Origin: Auanema rhodensis
Lineage: Eukaryota > Animalia > Nematoda
Direction: 5' to 3'
DNA length: 64,000 bases
NCBI GenBank assembly: GCA_964057225.1
Contig: OZ059895.1
Coordinates: 12,152,001 to 12,216,000, forward strand
A model generated the notes under the pieces. The model was given only the letters and a program-made list of their open reading frames with translations. It had not been told where the DNA came from and did no database searches. How positions within the stretch are numbered: the stretch's first letter is position 1; every line of letters starts with the position of its first letter. The translations under genes and the position numbers were made by a program. This document shows, piece by piece, positions 1 to 10,808 of this stretch.

Positions 1-11
1 TTTTGCTGTTT

Positions 12-779
12 TTACTGATGATAGTTTTGTTTTATTTTGAGGTCGATCGTTTGTTGCATCCTCATTATTCTCTGTTTCTGGAGTGTATCATGTTGAGAGT
101 TATCTGATTCATATGCAATTTCGTAATTATGGTTGCTATCATTTATGTTATTGTTCTCATGTATTGTTTCATCTGTATGTTCTATAGGATGATCGGAGTG
201 TATGTTGTCTAATACGGTATCAGTATGTGGTATTCTATCTGTTGAGCTATTATTTTCTTGGACTATGTGTGAGTTGTCTTCTATGATTTTGTTGTTGCTA
301 GTGTTGCATCTTATCTCTAGTGGATAGAGCTGATTGATGGATCGAGCAATTATGTTTCCGTTGCTTGTTGCAACTTTTGCTGAACGTATGTTGCCATCTG
401 AGCTAGTAATTGTTTCAATAATGCGACCTAGTTTCCATGTTCCTCGTGGCGACATGTCGTTTTGTATTATTACTATTTCATCCTCGTGAGGAAAGAGATT
501 TGTGTGATTTTTTCTCTTGTTTTTATGTTTGAAAATGTCTTTTAAACTAGTTAGATACTCCTCCTGGAAACGTGTCCAGAATTTAGACGCTGAGTCTTCT
601 GATAACTGAAGAGCTTCTAGCGCTTGCTCTGTTGATTGAATCGTTTGAATATCGCTATGGATATCAAATATATGAGTATCCGCGTTGTTTTCAGGTAATG
701 AAAACTTTATGGCTGATGTTAAAAAGTCAATTGGCCTTATGGGTAGAGTATCTAAATTATCTGGGTGTGGATGGGTGAG
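12..779 (-). pseudogene. Out-of-frame integrase C-terminal remnant of element A (DUF5641-like region)
   Basis: Open frame from 779 reads LTHPHPDNLDTLPIRPIDFL...FWTRFQEEYL...PRGTWKLGRIIE...RSINQLYPLE, matching the post-core integrase region of element B. Confidence 0.9.
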
Positions 780-3700
780 TCTTTTGGTAGCGATGGCATA
801 TCTGGTAATTCATAAGGATGTGATTGAAATCTTTTACATGTCACACAGTTTTTCAATGTTTGCTTAATGACTCCGGTTATTTTTGGTATATAGAACTTTT
901 GTCTGAGTTGAATAAGCGTGAAATGTTTGCCTTGATGATTATTGTCTTTGTGTATTTTGTTGATCAGTTTTTTAACTATGGGGTTTGTTTTAAGAAGGAA
1001 TATAGGGTTTTTCGTCTCTTCGGGAAGAAGAGTATTTTGTAAACGACTTCTTACGCGATAAATGTCCCATGTATCTTTGAAGAATTTTAAATTTATATTT
1101 CTTTGCTGTAGCTCATCGAGGCTCATATTAGATTGGCTGTTACTGATCAAAATTTTTTCAATTATGTTGATGTCTTCAGCAGTATTCGTATCTGTTGATG
1201 TGAGATGTTTTATTTTTTGCAACTTGTTGGCGTTGTTAGGATGGACTTTAAGAAACCATTTTTTGAATAATTTTCCTACGGTTGTCATTGTTTTGATCAC
1301 ATCATCATAGTTTTCACGAATGTTCCAAATATCATCGGTTGGAAGATTGTCTATAATTATGTGGACCACATTGTGATGCTCCGATTCTGATTCTGCGTTA
1401 TTCCTGTTAGAGTTCTTAGGCGAGCCGAATGATGTCAGAGGGTTATGAGCGGAAAGTTTAGTTAACCAATGTGGACCCTTTATCCAGTCGGAATCTTGTA
1501 GTTTCTCGATGTCTGCACCTCGGGATCCAATGTCTGCAGTATTGTACGAGGTTTGTACATGATGTAATTCTACATTGCAACATACTTGTTTGATTTGGTG
1601 TAGCTGTTTATTTATAATGTTTGTTTGATTTTTAATGAACAGTGGGAGGGATTTTAGAGAAATAATCCATGATAGCGCGATGTTGCTATCGCTTACAATG
1701 TTGACTTTTGCCACTTTCGGGCATATGGTTACAATAGCTAATGCCATTCGTACTGCTAAGCGGATGGCTAATAATTCTAATCGAGGAATTGTGGTCTTAT
1801 TTTTGGGTGCTATGCGGGATTTACCGTTGAGCAGAGAACTAATCTGCTCGTTTGTTTGGAAATATGAACATGCGGCCATGGCTTGGTTGCTTGCGTCAGC
1901 AAAGACCCATAACTGTGTTTTATGTTCAGAGAATTTAAAATATCTTTTCATGGTCAATTGCTGATTGTTAATGTGATTAATATGTTGTTCCCATTGTTTG
2001 ATATTATCTGATTCAATGGGTTGGTCCCATGATAATTTTGTGTTTATGATTTCTCGCAAGATGAGTTTGAGAGGTAACAGTAATGGTGCTGCTAATCCAA
2101 TGGGATCAAATATTGAGTGTAGCTGACTGAGTAGAATTCTCTTGGTGTAACTTGTGTGAGTCGTTGTTATTTTTATTGGGATAATGAAGGAGTCGTGTTC
2201 TTTATTAAAAGATATGCCAAGTATTTTGGTTGTCATGTTCGGATATCTGTCTCCTTCAGGAAGGTTCTGTATTACTTGTTCATCGTTTGACAAGAATTCG
2301 CGAACATGCATGTTTATTTCTGTGAATAGTTTTTGGGTTTCTTTACATTTCGTTATAGCTTCTGCTGTTGTATTTGCTGTAAGAATGATATTGTCAACGT
2401 ATAAGTTGTTCAGTATTTCCATAGCTAATGGGTTGTCTACTTTTGATTCTAAGAACCATTTTATGCCCATGTTCAATACGCTGGGGGATGCAGTGATACC
2501 GAACGGTAATCTGTTGAATCGAAGGGTTATGATATTGTTGTGAGATATTGGGTATTCTTCGTTTTTTATCCAAAAGAATTTGCATAGATTTTTGTGATTC
2601 TCTGTCAGTTGTATTTGTAAAAATGCGGCTTTGATATCGCATGTTATTAATATTGGTCTTGTTCTGCAGGAGATCATGATGTCGTGTATATATGTGATAA
2701 ATGATCGTCCTGTGTGTATTATCTCATTCAACGATGGGCTGTCTTTCTGTTTAGCGGAGGCGTCAAAAACGATTCTGAGAGGGTTAGCCTTGCTGGGCTT
2801 CCAAACCCCATGGTGGGGCATATAAAACTCTAAAGGCTCCTGGTGATTGTTGGGAATTTGTTCGACAATGTTATCTTTGAGGTAACTTTCAATGGTTGTA
2901 GTATAGTGTGAGAGCATTTCTGGATTGTGCAGTAACTTTCGCCATAGGGATACGAATCTATGGTACGCGGGCATTTTGTTGTTTTTAAGATTTTTGAAGT
3001 TATTTTTTAACGGGAACGGTGCAATAATACGGTTGTTCTCAATTTTTATATATTTTGAGTATTCTTCATAGTAATCAATAGTGCGGTCTGCGTTGGCATT
3101 TTCTGTATTGATGCCGATAGAATCCAGTTCAAACAGATTAGTGAGGAGTTCTTTATGACAGGTTTCTTTTGTTATTTCTTCTACTGTAGAGCATAATATT
3201 ACTTCTTGTTGTGTATTATCATCGGGAAGAGGAGCTTCTCCATGTATCATGTGGTCGAATACCGAATTTTTCAATCTCATACGTGAGGGGAGTTCGGTTT
3301 CTTCGTTTAAATGCATGAACAGTTTGTATCTATCCATACCTATCAGTATATCCGGAGTAAATAATTCTCCGTTTGTTTGTGGATTGGCTAATTTTATTTT
3401 TCTTGTCTTTATAAATTTCAAGTCTTCTTTAGATAGTTTTGGACAACGTATGGGTGTGGTTAACATGGGTTTGGTGAATAGTTTTGTTACGATAAGGGAT
3501 CCACTTGAGGTTCCAATAATTACCTTTACGTCCTGAACTTCGTGCGTTTCGGACAATGCTCCGATACCGTAAAAGGTTTTCTTTTGAGAACCAAGGATGG
3601 GCAATCCTAACTTAGTGGATAAGTCCTTAGATATAAACGATCTCATAGATCCTTCGTCTATGAGCATGCGTACTTGCTCATATTTTTTACTATTGTGATT

Positions 3701-5299
3701 GTATATGTTTGCCATTGCTGTGCGTAATATTACTTGACTTTCTTCAATATTATGGGTGTCGGCAATGTGATTAAGTGATACTGGTGCATTGAGTGCCTCA
3801 GTAGGAATTTGATTAGTGTCAGATTCTGGTTTATAATCTGTTGTTTTTTTATTCAATGATTCTTCTGTGGTGATCAGTAAAGCCTGATCTTTTTTAATTG
3901 TTGAAGTTTCTTTATCTTTTTGGATATTTTGCACGTTTTTTCTTCCTTGTGAGCACAAGGAGGAATTATGGTCTCCTTGGCAATCTCGACATTTTTGTTT
4001 TCTGCATTCGGAACTTTTGTGTTTCTCGGAAAAACAAATCCAACAGATGGCCTTTCCGCGGATGCGGTGTCTTCTTTTCTCTGGTGTTTCAAATGTGGTG
4101 CAATGATAAAAGCGATGTTCGGATGAGTCGCAGAAAACACATGGCCAAGTTTGGGTTTTCCGTTGTTCTACGGAGTTTTCTTTATGTGCTACAGATGTGA
4201 CATTCTCTTTGTGATTTCGAAACTTTTGTTCATGACTATTTTTTGTTTGTTCTTTTAGAAAAAAGGAATAGATTTTGTGGTCTACAGCTGTCAGCATTTC
4301 TTTAGTGGAATGGTAGTTGTTTGGATAAATTAGAATGTCTTCCACGATGTGGTATGGGAATTTGTTGAGAATCATCGCGGTACACATTTCGCGGGATACT
4401 GTAGCTCCGGCTGCTTCAATTTGCCTGATAAGTGCCTTGGTTTCCCCAAATGTTTCTTTACATGATTTTGCATTATTGCTTGCAAATCTCAAATTACGTA
4501 GTTGTGTTAAAAGAGAATTGATATCCGACGAATAGTCTCCAAATTCAGAAACTAATGCTTCACGCATGAGCTCATAATTTTGAGCAGAGGGTTCTATTCC
4601 TCTGATTGCTATTTGTGAATCGCCTTTGAGGCTTTCACAGAGTAGGTTTACCTTTTCTAAGGTTGTAAACTGTTCATTATCATGAACAAGTCTATCAAAA
4701 CGGCCCCAGAATGATTTGAAGTTCTCTGGTTTGCCATCAAATGTAGGTAGCGACATCGCTGGTTTTTGGATGCTAGTTTGTTGGATGTGTAGGAATGACT
4801 TGATAATTTCCAGAAATTGATCATTCGATTTGTTTTCTGTTTCATTGTTTTCTGTTGAGCAATTGCTGTTGTGCTCAGATTCATTCTTATGAAGCGTTTT
4901 TCTCAGCTTTCTAAGTATGCGTTCAGCTTTCATGATGTGTTCGTCAAGCTCAATAATGGCGTTTTGAACCTTTTTAATGTTGGGTTCAAAGTCTTCATCG
5001 GATGTGAAGGCGATGTACTGTTCGTCTAATGCTTTACGAAGCGTTTTGTCGGATGCTTCGTAAAATTTTTGGAATTTTTTTTCGTTATCTTGATGATTTT
5101 TCAACGATTCTTTGAATTGGTGTTGGACTTTTGTCCAGCGAATGATTAGGCAAGAGAGGGTTTCCTCTTCTTCCTCAGTGTGGAAGTCGCAATCTACCAG
5201 AATACCAGGAAGGTCCTTCACTTCCATCTCGTATCGTGTAAGCAGTTCTCCAAGAAACTGGTTAGATTGTTTGATATGATTGACAAAAAGGAGTGACAT
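752..5299 (-). CDS. Gag-Pol polyprotein of element A, truncated after the integrase HHCC finger
   Basis: 1515-aa ORF: gag motif LPTFDGKPENFKSFW, triple zinc knuckle (CVFC..H..C / CWIC..H..C / CRDC..H..C), protease LIDEGSMRSFI, RT LRIVFDAS / RLPFGITASP / LYVDNI, RNase H VFADAS / TIPRLEL / TADIGSRG, integrase H..H..CVTC. Shifts frame right after MPSLPKD. Confidence 0.93.
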   Translation of the reverse strand: MSLLFVNHIKQSNQFLGELLTRYEMEVKDLPGILVDCDFHTEEEEETLSCLIIRWTKVQHQFKESLKNHQDNEKKFQKFYEASDKTLRKALDEQYIAFTSDEDFEPNIKKVQNAIIELDEHIMKAERILRKLRKTLHKNESEHNSNCSTENNETENKSNDQFLEIIKSFLHIQQTSIQKPAMSLPTFDGKPENFKSFWGRFDRLVHDNEQFTTLEKVNLLCESLKGDSQIAIRGIEPSAQNYELMREALVSEFGDYSSDINSLLTQLRNLRFASNNAKSCKETFGETKALIRQIEAAGATVSREMCTAMILNKFPYHIVEDILIYPNNYHSTKEMLTAVDHKIYSFFLKEQTKNSHEQKFRNHKENVTSVAHKENSVEQRKTQTWPCVFCDSSEHRFYHCTTFETPEKRRHRIRGKAICWICFSEKHKSSECRKQKCRDCQGDHNSSLCSQGRKNVQNIQKDKETSTIKKDQALLITTEESLNKKTTDYKPESDTNQIPTEALNAPVSLNHIADTHNIEESQVILRTAMANIYNHNSKKYEQVRMLIDEGSMRSFISKDLSTKLGLPILGSQKKTFYGIGALSETHEVQDVKVIIGTSSGSLIVTKLFTKPMLTTPIRCPKLSKEDLKFIKTRKIKLANPQTNGELFTPDILIGMDRYKLFMHLNEETELPSRMRLKNSVFDHMIHGEAPLPDDNTQQEVILCSTVEEITKETCHKELLTNLFELDSIGINTENANADRTIDYYEEYSKYIKIENNRIIAPFPLKNNFKNLKNNKMPAYHRFVSLWRKLLHNPEMLSHYTTTIESYLKDNIVEQIPNNHQEPLEFYMPHHGVWKPSKANPLRIVFDASAKQKDSPSLNEIIHTGRSFITYIHDIMISCRTRPILITCDIKAAFLQIQLTENHKNLCKFFWIKNEEYPISHNNIITLRFNRLPFGITASPSVLNMGIKWFLESKVDNPLAMEILNNLYVDNIILTANTTAEAITKCKETQKLFTEINMHVREFLSNDEQVIQNLPEGDRYPNMTTKILGISFNKEHDSFIIPIKITTTHTSYTKRILLSQLHSIFDPIGLAAPLLLPLKLILREIINTKLSWDQPIESDNIKQWEQHINHINNQQLTMKRYFKFSEHKTQLWVFADASNQAMAACSYFQTNEQISSLLNGKSRIAPKNKTTIPRLELLAIRLAVRMALAIVTICPKVAKVNIVSDSNIALSWIISLKSLPLFIKNQTNIINKQLHQIKQVCCNVELHHVQTSYNTADIGSRGADIEKLQDSDWIKGPHWLTKLSAHNPLTSFGSPKNSNRNNAESESEHHNVVHIIIDNLPTDDIWNIRENYDDVIKTMTTVGKLFKKWFLKVHPNNANKLQKIKHLTSTDTNTAEDINIIEKILISNSQSNMSLDELQQRNINLKFFKDTWDIYRVRSRLQNTLLPEETKNPIFLLKTNPIVKKLINKIHKDNNHQGKHFTLIQLRQKFYIPKITGVIKQTLKNCVTCKRFQSHPYELPDMPSLPKDSPIHTQII

Positions 5300-5572
5300 T
5301 TTTGTTGTAGATGTAGGAATAATGCTTATATTCCTTTTTTGTTTTCTTTTTTCTTTGTTTGTTTGGTGATCACAGTATATGTGAACGTAAGGAAATTGAA
5401 ACCTCTGTTTCTAATTTCAGAGTTTGCTTATTGTTCAAATCTGTTTGGTGTGACTTGACGTGGACTTATGATCGCCACGATTTTTATTAAGTATGTTTTT
5501 TGCTCAAACACGCTTGGTTCGAGTTGTATCTCACCTGCCACGCGGGACTTAAAGCGGCTAAGATCTAAACTA

Positions 5573-5584
5573 GCCGATGCACCA
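5573..5584 (-). promoter_or_regulatory. Primer-binding site of element A, tRNA-Gly type
   Basis: Minus strand TGGTGCATCGGC 3 nt after the LTR; complementary to the ...GCCGATGCACCA 3' end of tRNA-Gly(GCC) as I recall it. Confidence 0.8.
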
Positions 5585-5587
5585 ATT

Positions 5588-5837
5588 TGTGGCAATATAC
5601 CACAAGTGTATAGTATGGTTGGAAGTAAAACACAAAGCGAATATGTAGAAAAGGGTTTATTGATGAATTAACAAGACAAGCACGGAATAAAATCACTGAC
5701 TGCGAACGTTGAAAATGTAAGACTGATCTCTTCTCGTGGGCGGTCGTCAGCCTGAAACAAAGAGTTAGTCATGCCACATGTATAACACAACATGTGGTAT
5801 GGATAAAAATTACTTAGGAAGTTAGAAGAAAGAAGAA

Positions 5838-5877
<40 letters not shown>

Positions 5878-5943
5878 AGGAGAAACAAATAAAACAATTG
5901 TTGAAGATAAAAAATTATACAAACTCACTCGCTTATCGCGACA
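5588..5943 (-). repeat. 5' LTR of element A (356 bp)
   Basis: TG...CA ends with imperfect terminal inverted repeat (TGTGGCAATA / TATCGCGACA), adjacent PBS, minus-strand AATAAA at 5656-5661. Partner LTR is outside the window. Confidence 0.85.
5841..5875. repeat. (GA)n microsatellite inside the element A LTR
   Basis: About 17 perfect AG repeats. Confidence 0.95.
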
Positions 5944-6002
5944 ATTGGAAAAAAAACAATAACGAGGATAAGTATGTAAATCATTGAATATCAGATATTT
6001 TC

Positions 6003-6121
6003 CCTTACGACCATACCACGTTGAAAGTACGCCATCCCGTCCGATCTGGCAAGTCAAGCAACGTTGGGCCCGGTTAGTACTTGAATCGGAGACGGCTTGG
6101 GAATCCCGGGTGCCGTAAGCT
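6003..6121 (+). rRNA. 5S rRNA variant copy next to element A (G1C, G82A-region change)
   Basis: 119-nt 5S body beginning CCTTACGACC instead of GCTTACGACC, and TTGAATCGG instead of TTGGATCGG. Confidence 0.85.
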
Positions 6122-6501
6122 TTTCAAATGTTTTTAACGATCATACCACGTTGAAAGTACGCCATGCAGCTGATTTTCAATTTTATCTCTTCCGTAACAA
6201 ATGTTTTCAATTTTCCAGCAGTTTTACTTAGATAGCTCAACCCAAGGCATCAAAATATCTTCAATCTTATTTCTTTATTACAGTTAAAAACCAGTAGTTT
6301 ATGAACCTTCATCTTAACTTCACTGTTTCTATCTATTTCCTATTAAAACAAACGTTGTTTAAACACTATACAACTGTGAAACCTTTTTTAATTTATTGTA
6401 TTTGGAGCTCAGAAGATTCAATATCATCGAGGGATTTAGATGTAACGTGGAAAATTACATAACTAACATGAAATTGGAAAAAAAACAATAACGAGGATAA
6501 G

Positions 6502-6509
6502 TATGTAAA
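6502..6509 (+). promoter_or_regulatory. TATA-like element at -30 of the 5S gene (representative; present in essentially every unit)
   Basis: TATGTAAA starts exactly 30 nt before 5S +1, where upstream Pol III elements are expected. Function is inferred from position only. Confidence 0.45.
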
Positions 6510-6531
6510 TCATTGAATATCAGATATTTTC

Positions 6532-6650
6532 GCTTACGACCATACCACGTTGAAAGTACGCCATCCCGTCCGATCTGGCAAGTCAAGCAACGTTGGGCCC
6601 GGTTAGTACTTGGATCGTAGACGGCTTGGGAATCCCGGGTGCCGTAAGCT
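6532..6650 (+). rRNA. 5S rRNA gene (representative of block 1)
   Basis: GCTTACGACCATACCACGTTGAAAG...CCCGTCCGATCTGGCAAGTCAAGCAACGTTG...GTTAGTACTTGGATC...GCCGTAAGCT; very close to C. elegans-type 5S; ends pair (GCTTACG/CGTAAGC); followed by oligo-T. Confidence 0.97.
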
Positions 6651-6664
6651 TTTCAAATTTTTTT
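6650..6664 (+). terminator. Pol III oligo-T terminator (representative)
   Basis: TTTTCAAATTTTTTT directly after the 5S 3' end. Confidence 0.85.
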
Positions 6665-7589
6665 AACGATCATACCACGTTGAAAGTACGCCATGCAGCT
6701 GATTTTCAATTTTATCTCTTCCGTAACAAATGTTTTCAATTTTCCAGCAGTTTTACTTAGATAGCTCAACCCAAGGCATTAAAATATCTTCAATCTTATT
6801 TCTATATTACAGTTATAAACCAGTAGTTTATGAACCTTCATCTTAACTTTACTGTTTCTATCTATTTCCTATTGAAACAAACATTGTTCAAACACTATAC
6901 AACTGTGAAACCTTTTTTAATTTATTGTATTTGGATCTCATAAGATTTGATATCATCGAGGGATTTAGATGTAACGTAGAAAAATACATAACTAACATGA
7001 AATTGGAAAAAAAACAATAACGAGGATAAGTATGTAAATCATTGAATATCAGATATTTTCGCTTACGACCATACCACGTTGAAAGTACGCCATCCCGTCC
7101 GATCTGGCAAGTCAAGCAACGTTGAGCCCGGTTAGTACTTGGATCGGAGACGGCTTGGGAATCCCGGGTGCCGTAAGCTTTTCAAATTTTTTTAACGATC
7201 ATACCACGTTGAAAGTACGCCATGCAGCTGATTTTCAATTTTATCTCTTCCGTAACAAATGTTTTCAATTTTCCAGCAGTTTTACTTAGATAGCTCAACC
7301 CAAGGCATTAAAATATCTTCAATCTTATTTCTATATTACAGTTATAAACCAGTAGTTTATGAACCTTCATCTTAACTTTACTGTTTCTATCTATTTCCTA
7401 TTGAAACAAACATTGTTTAAACACTATACAACTGTGAAACCTTTTTTAATTTATTGTATTTGGAGCTCATAAGATTTGATATCATCGAGGGATTTAGGTG
7501 TTACGTAGAAAATTACATAACTAACATGAAATTGGAAAAAAAACAATAACGAGGATAAGTATGTAAATCATTGAATATCAGATATTTCC

Positions 7590-7622
7590 GCTTACGACCA
7601 TACCACGTTGAAAGTACGCCAT
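7590..7622 (+). pseudogene. Truncated 5S (nt 1-33 only), representative 399-bp unit
   Basis: GCTTACGACC...GTACGCCAT joins directly to spacer GCAGCTG; 130 bp including the internal control region and terminator are absent. Confidence 0.93.
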
Positions 7623-9904
7623 GCAGCTGATTTTCAATTTTATCTCTTCCGTAACAAATGTTTTCAATTTTCCAGCAGTTTTACTTAGATAGCTCAACCC
7701 AAGGCATCAAAATATCTTCAATCTTATTTCTTTATTACAGTTAAAAACCAGTAGTTTATGAACCTTCATCTTAACTTCACTGTTTCTATCTATTTCCTAT
7801 TAAAACAAACGTTGTTTAAACACTATACAACTGTGAAACCTTTTTTAATTTATTGTATTTGGAGCTCAGAAGATTCAATATCATCGAGGGATTTAGATGT
7901 AACGTGGAAAATTACATAACTAACATGAAATTGGAAAAAAAACAATAACGAGGATAAGTATGTAAATCATTGAATATCAGATATTTTCGCTTACGACCAT
8001 ACCACGTTGAAAGTACGCCATCCCGTCCGATCTGGCAAGTCAAGCAACGTTGGGCCCGGTTAGTACTTGGATCGTAGACGGCTTGGGAATCCCGGGTGCC
8101 GTAAGCTTTTCAAATTTTTTTAACGATCATACCACGTTGAAAGTACGCCATGCAGCTGATTTTCAATTTTATCTCTTCCGTAACAAATGTTTTCAATTTT
8201 CCAGCAGTTTTACTTAGATAGCTCAACCCAAGGCATTAAAATATCTTCAATCTTATTTCTATATTACAGTTATAAACCAGTAGTTTATGAACCTTCATCT
8301 TAACTTTACTGTTTCTATCTATTTCCTATTGAAAGAAACATTGTTTAAACACTATACAACTGTGAAACCTTTTTTAATTTATTGTATTTGGAGCTCATAA
8401 GATTTGATATCATCGAGGGATTTAGATGTTACGTAGAAAATTACATAACTAACATGAAATTGGAAAAAAAACAATAACGAGGATAAGTATGTAAATCATT
8501 GAATATCAGATATTTCCGCTTACGACCATGCCACGTTGAAAGTACGCCATGCAGCTGATTTTCAATTTTATCTCTTCCGTAACAAATGTTTTCAATTTTC
8601 CAGCAGTTTTACTTAGATAGCTCAACCCAAGGCATCAAAATATCTTCAATCTTATTTCTTTATTACAGTTAAAAACCAGTAGTTTATGAACCTTCATCTT
8701 AACTTCACTGTTTCTATCTATTTCCTATTAAAACAAACGTTGTTTAAACACTATACAACTGTGAAACCTTTTTTAATTTATTGTATTTGGAGCTCAGAAG
8801 ATTCAATATCATCGAGGGATTTAGATGTAACGTGGAAAATTACATAACTAACATGAAATTGGAAAAAAAACAATAACGAGGATAAGTATGTAAATCATTG
8901 AATATCAGATATTTTCGCTTACGACCATACCACGTTGAAAGTACGCCATCCCGTCCGATCTGGCAAGTCAAGCAACGTTGGGCCCGGTTAGTACTTGGAT
9001 CGTAGACGGCTTGGGAATCCCGGGTGCCGTAAGCTTTTCAAATTTTTTTAACGATCATACCACGTTGAAAGTACGCCATGCAGCTGATTTTCAATTTTAT
9101 CTCTTCCGTAACAAATGTTTTCAATTTTCCAGCAGTTTTACTTAGATAGCTCAACCCAAGGCATTAAAATATCTTCAATCTTATTTCTATATTACAGTTA
9201 TAAACCAGTAGTTTATGAACCTTCATCTTAACTTCACTGTTTCTATCTATTTCCTATTGAAACAAACATTGTTTAAACACTATACAACTGTGAAACCTTT
9301 TTTAATTTATTGTATTTGGATCTCATAAGATTTGATATCATCGAGGGATTTAGATGTTACGTAGAAAATTACATAACTAACATGAAATTGGAAAAAAAAC
9401 AATAACGAGGATAAGTATGTAAATCATTGAATATCAGATATTTTCGCTTACGATCATACCACGTTGAAAGTACGCCATCCCGTCTGATCTGGCAAGTCAA
9501 GCAACGTTGGGCCCGGTTAGTACTTGGATCGGAGACGGCTTGGGAATCCCGGGTGCCGTAAGCTTTTCAAATTTTTTTAACGATCATACCACGTTGAAAG
9601 TACGCCATGCAGCTGATTTTCAATTTTATCTCTTCCGTAACAAATGTTTTCAATTTTCCAGCAGTTTTACTTAGATAGCTCAACCCGAGGCATTAAAATA
9701 TCTTCAATCTTATTTCTATATTACAGTTATAAACCAGTAGTTTATGAACCTTCATCTTAATTTTACTGTTTTTATCTATTTCCTATTGAAACAAACATTG
9801 TTTAAACACTATACAACTGTGAAACCTTTTTTAATTTATTGTATTTGGATCTCATAAGATTTGATATCATCGAGGGATTTAGATGTAACGTAGAAAAATA
9901 CATA

Positions 9905-10021
9905 CTTACGGCACCCGGGATTCCCAAGCCGTCTCCGATCCAAGTACTAACCGGGCTCAACGTTGCTTGACTTGCCAGATCGGACGGGATGGCGTACTTT
10001 CAACGTGGTATGGTCGTAAGC
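9905..10021 (-). rRNA. Inverted 5S copy (nt 1-117, G65A variant)
   Basis: Reverse complement of 5S plus 69 bp of upstream spacer (to 10090); minus-strand TTTTT 6 nt downstream. Confidence 0.9.
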
Positions 10022-10691
10022 GAAAATATCTGATATTCAATGATTTACATACTTATCCTCGTTATTGTTTTTTTTCCAATTTCATGTTAGAATTTATTGT
10101 ATTTGGATCTCATAAGATTTGATATCATCGAGGGATTTAGATGTAACGTAGAAAATTACATAACTAAAATGAAATCGGAAAAAAACAATAACGAGGATAA
10201 GTATGTAAATCATTGAATATCAGATATTTTCGCTTACGACCATACCACGTTGAAAGTACGCCATCCCGTCCGATCTGGCAAGTCAAGCATACGTTGGGCC
10301 CGGTTAGTACTTGGATCGTAGACGGCTTGGGAATCCCGGGTGCCGTAAGCTTTTCAAATTTTTTTAACGATCATACCACGTTGAAAGTACGCCATGCAGC
10401 TGATTTTCAATTTTATCTCTTCCGTAACAAATGTTTTCAATTTTCCAGCAGTTTTACTTAGATAGCTCAACCCGAGGCATTAAAATATCTTCAATCTTAT
10501 TTCTATATTACAGTTATAAACCAGTAGTTTATGAACCTTCATCTTAATTTTACTGTTTTTATCTATTTCCTATTGAAACAAACATTGTTTAAACACTATA
10601 CAACTGTGAAACCTTTTTTAATTTATTGTATTTGGATCTCATAAGATTTGATATCATCGAGGGATTTAGATGTAACGTAGAAAAATACATA

Positions 10692-10808
10692 CTTACGGCA
10701 CCCGGGATTCCCAAGCCGTCTCCGATCCAAGTACTAACCGGGCTCAACGTTGCTTGACTTGCCAGATCGGACGGGATGGCGTACTTTCAACGTGGTATGG
10801 TCGTAAGC
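10692..10808 (-). rRNA. Inverted 5S copy
   Basis: Same inverted cassette and junctions as 9905-10021. Confidence 0.9.

Larger units (their letters stand above)
1..5943 (-). mobile_element. BEL/Pao LTR retrotransposon, element A (3' part outside window; integrase core deleted)
   Basis: 5' LTR 5588-5943, PBS, and polyprotein with BEL/Pao order gag-PR-RT-RH-IN. Right end ...TATCGCGACA abuts 5S spacer sequence ATTGGAAAAAAAACAATAACG. Confidence 0.95.

Noticed and set aside
685-4884. Short ORFs overlapping the element A polyprotein
   Set aside because: Antisense or alternate-frame shadows of a long coding sequence, with no motifs or independent signals.
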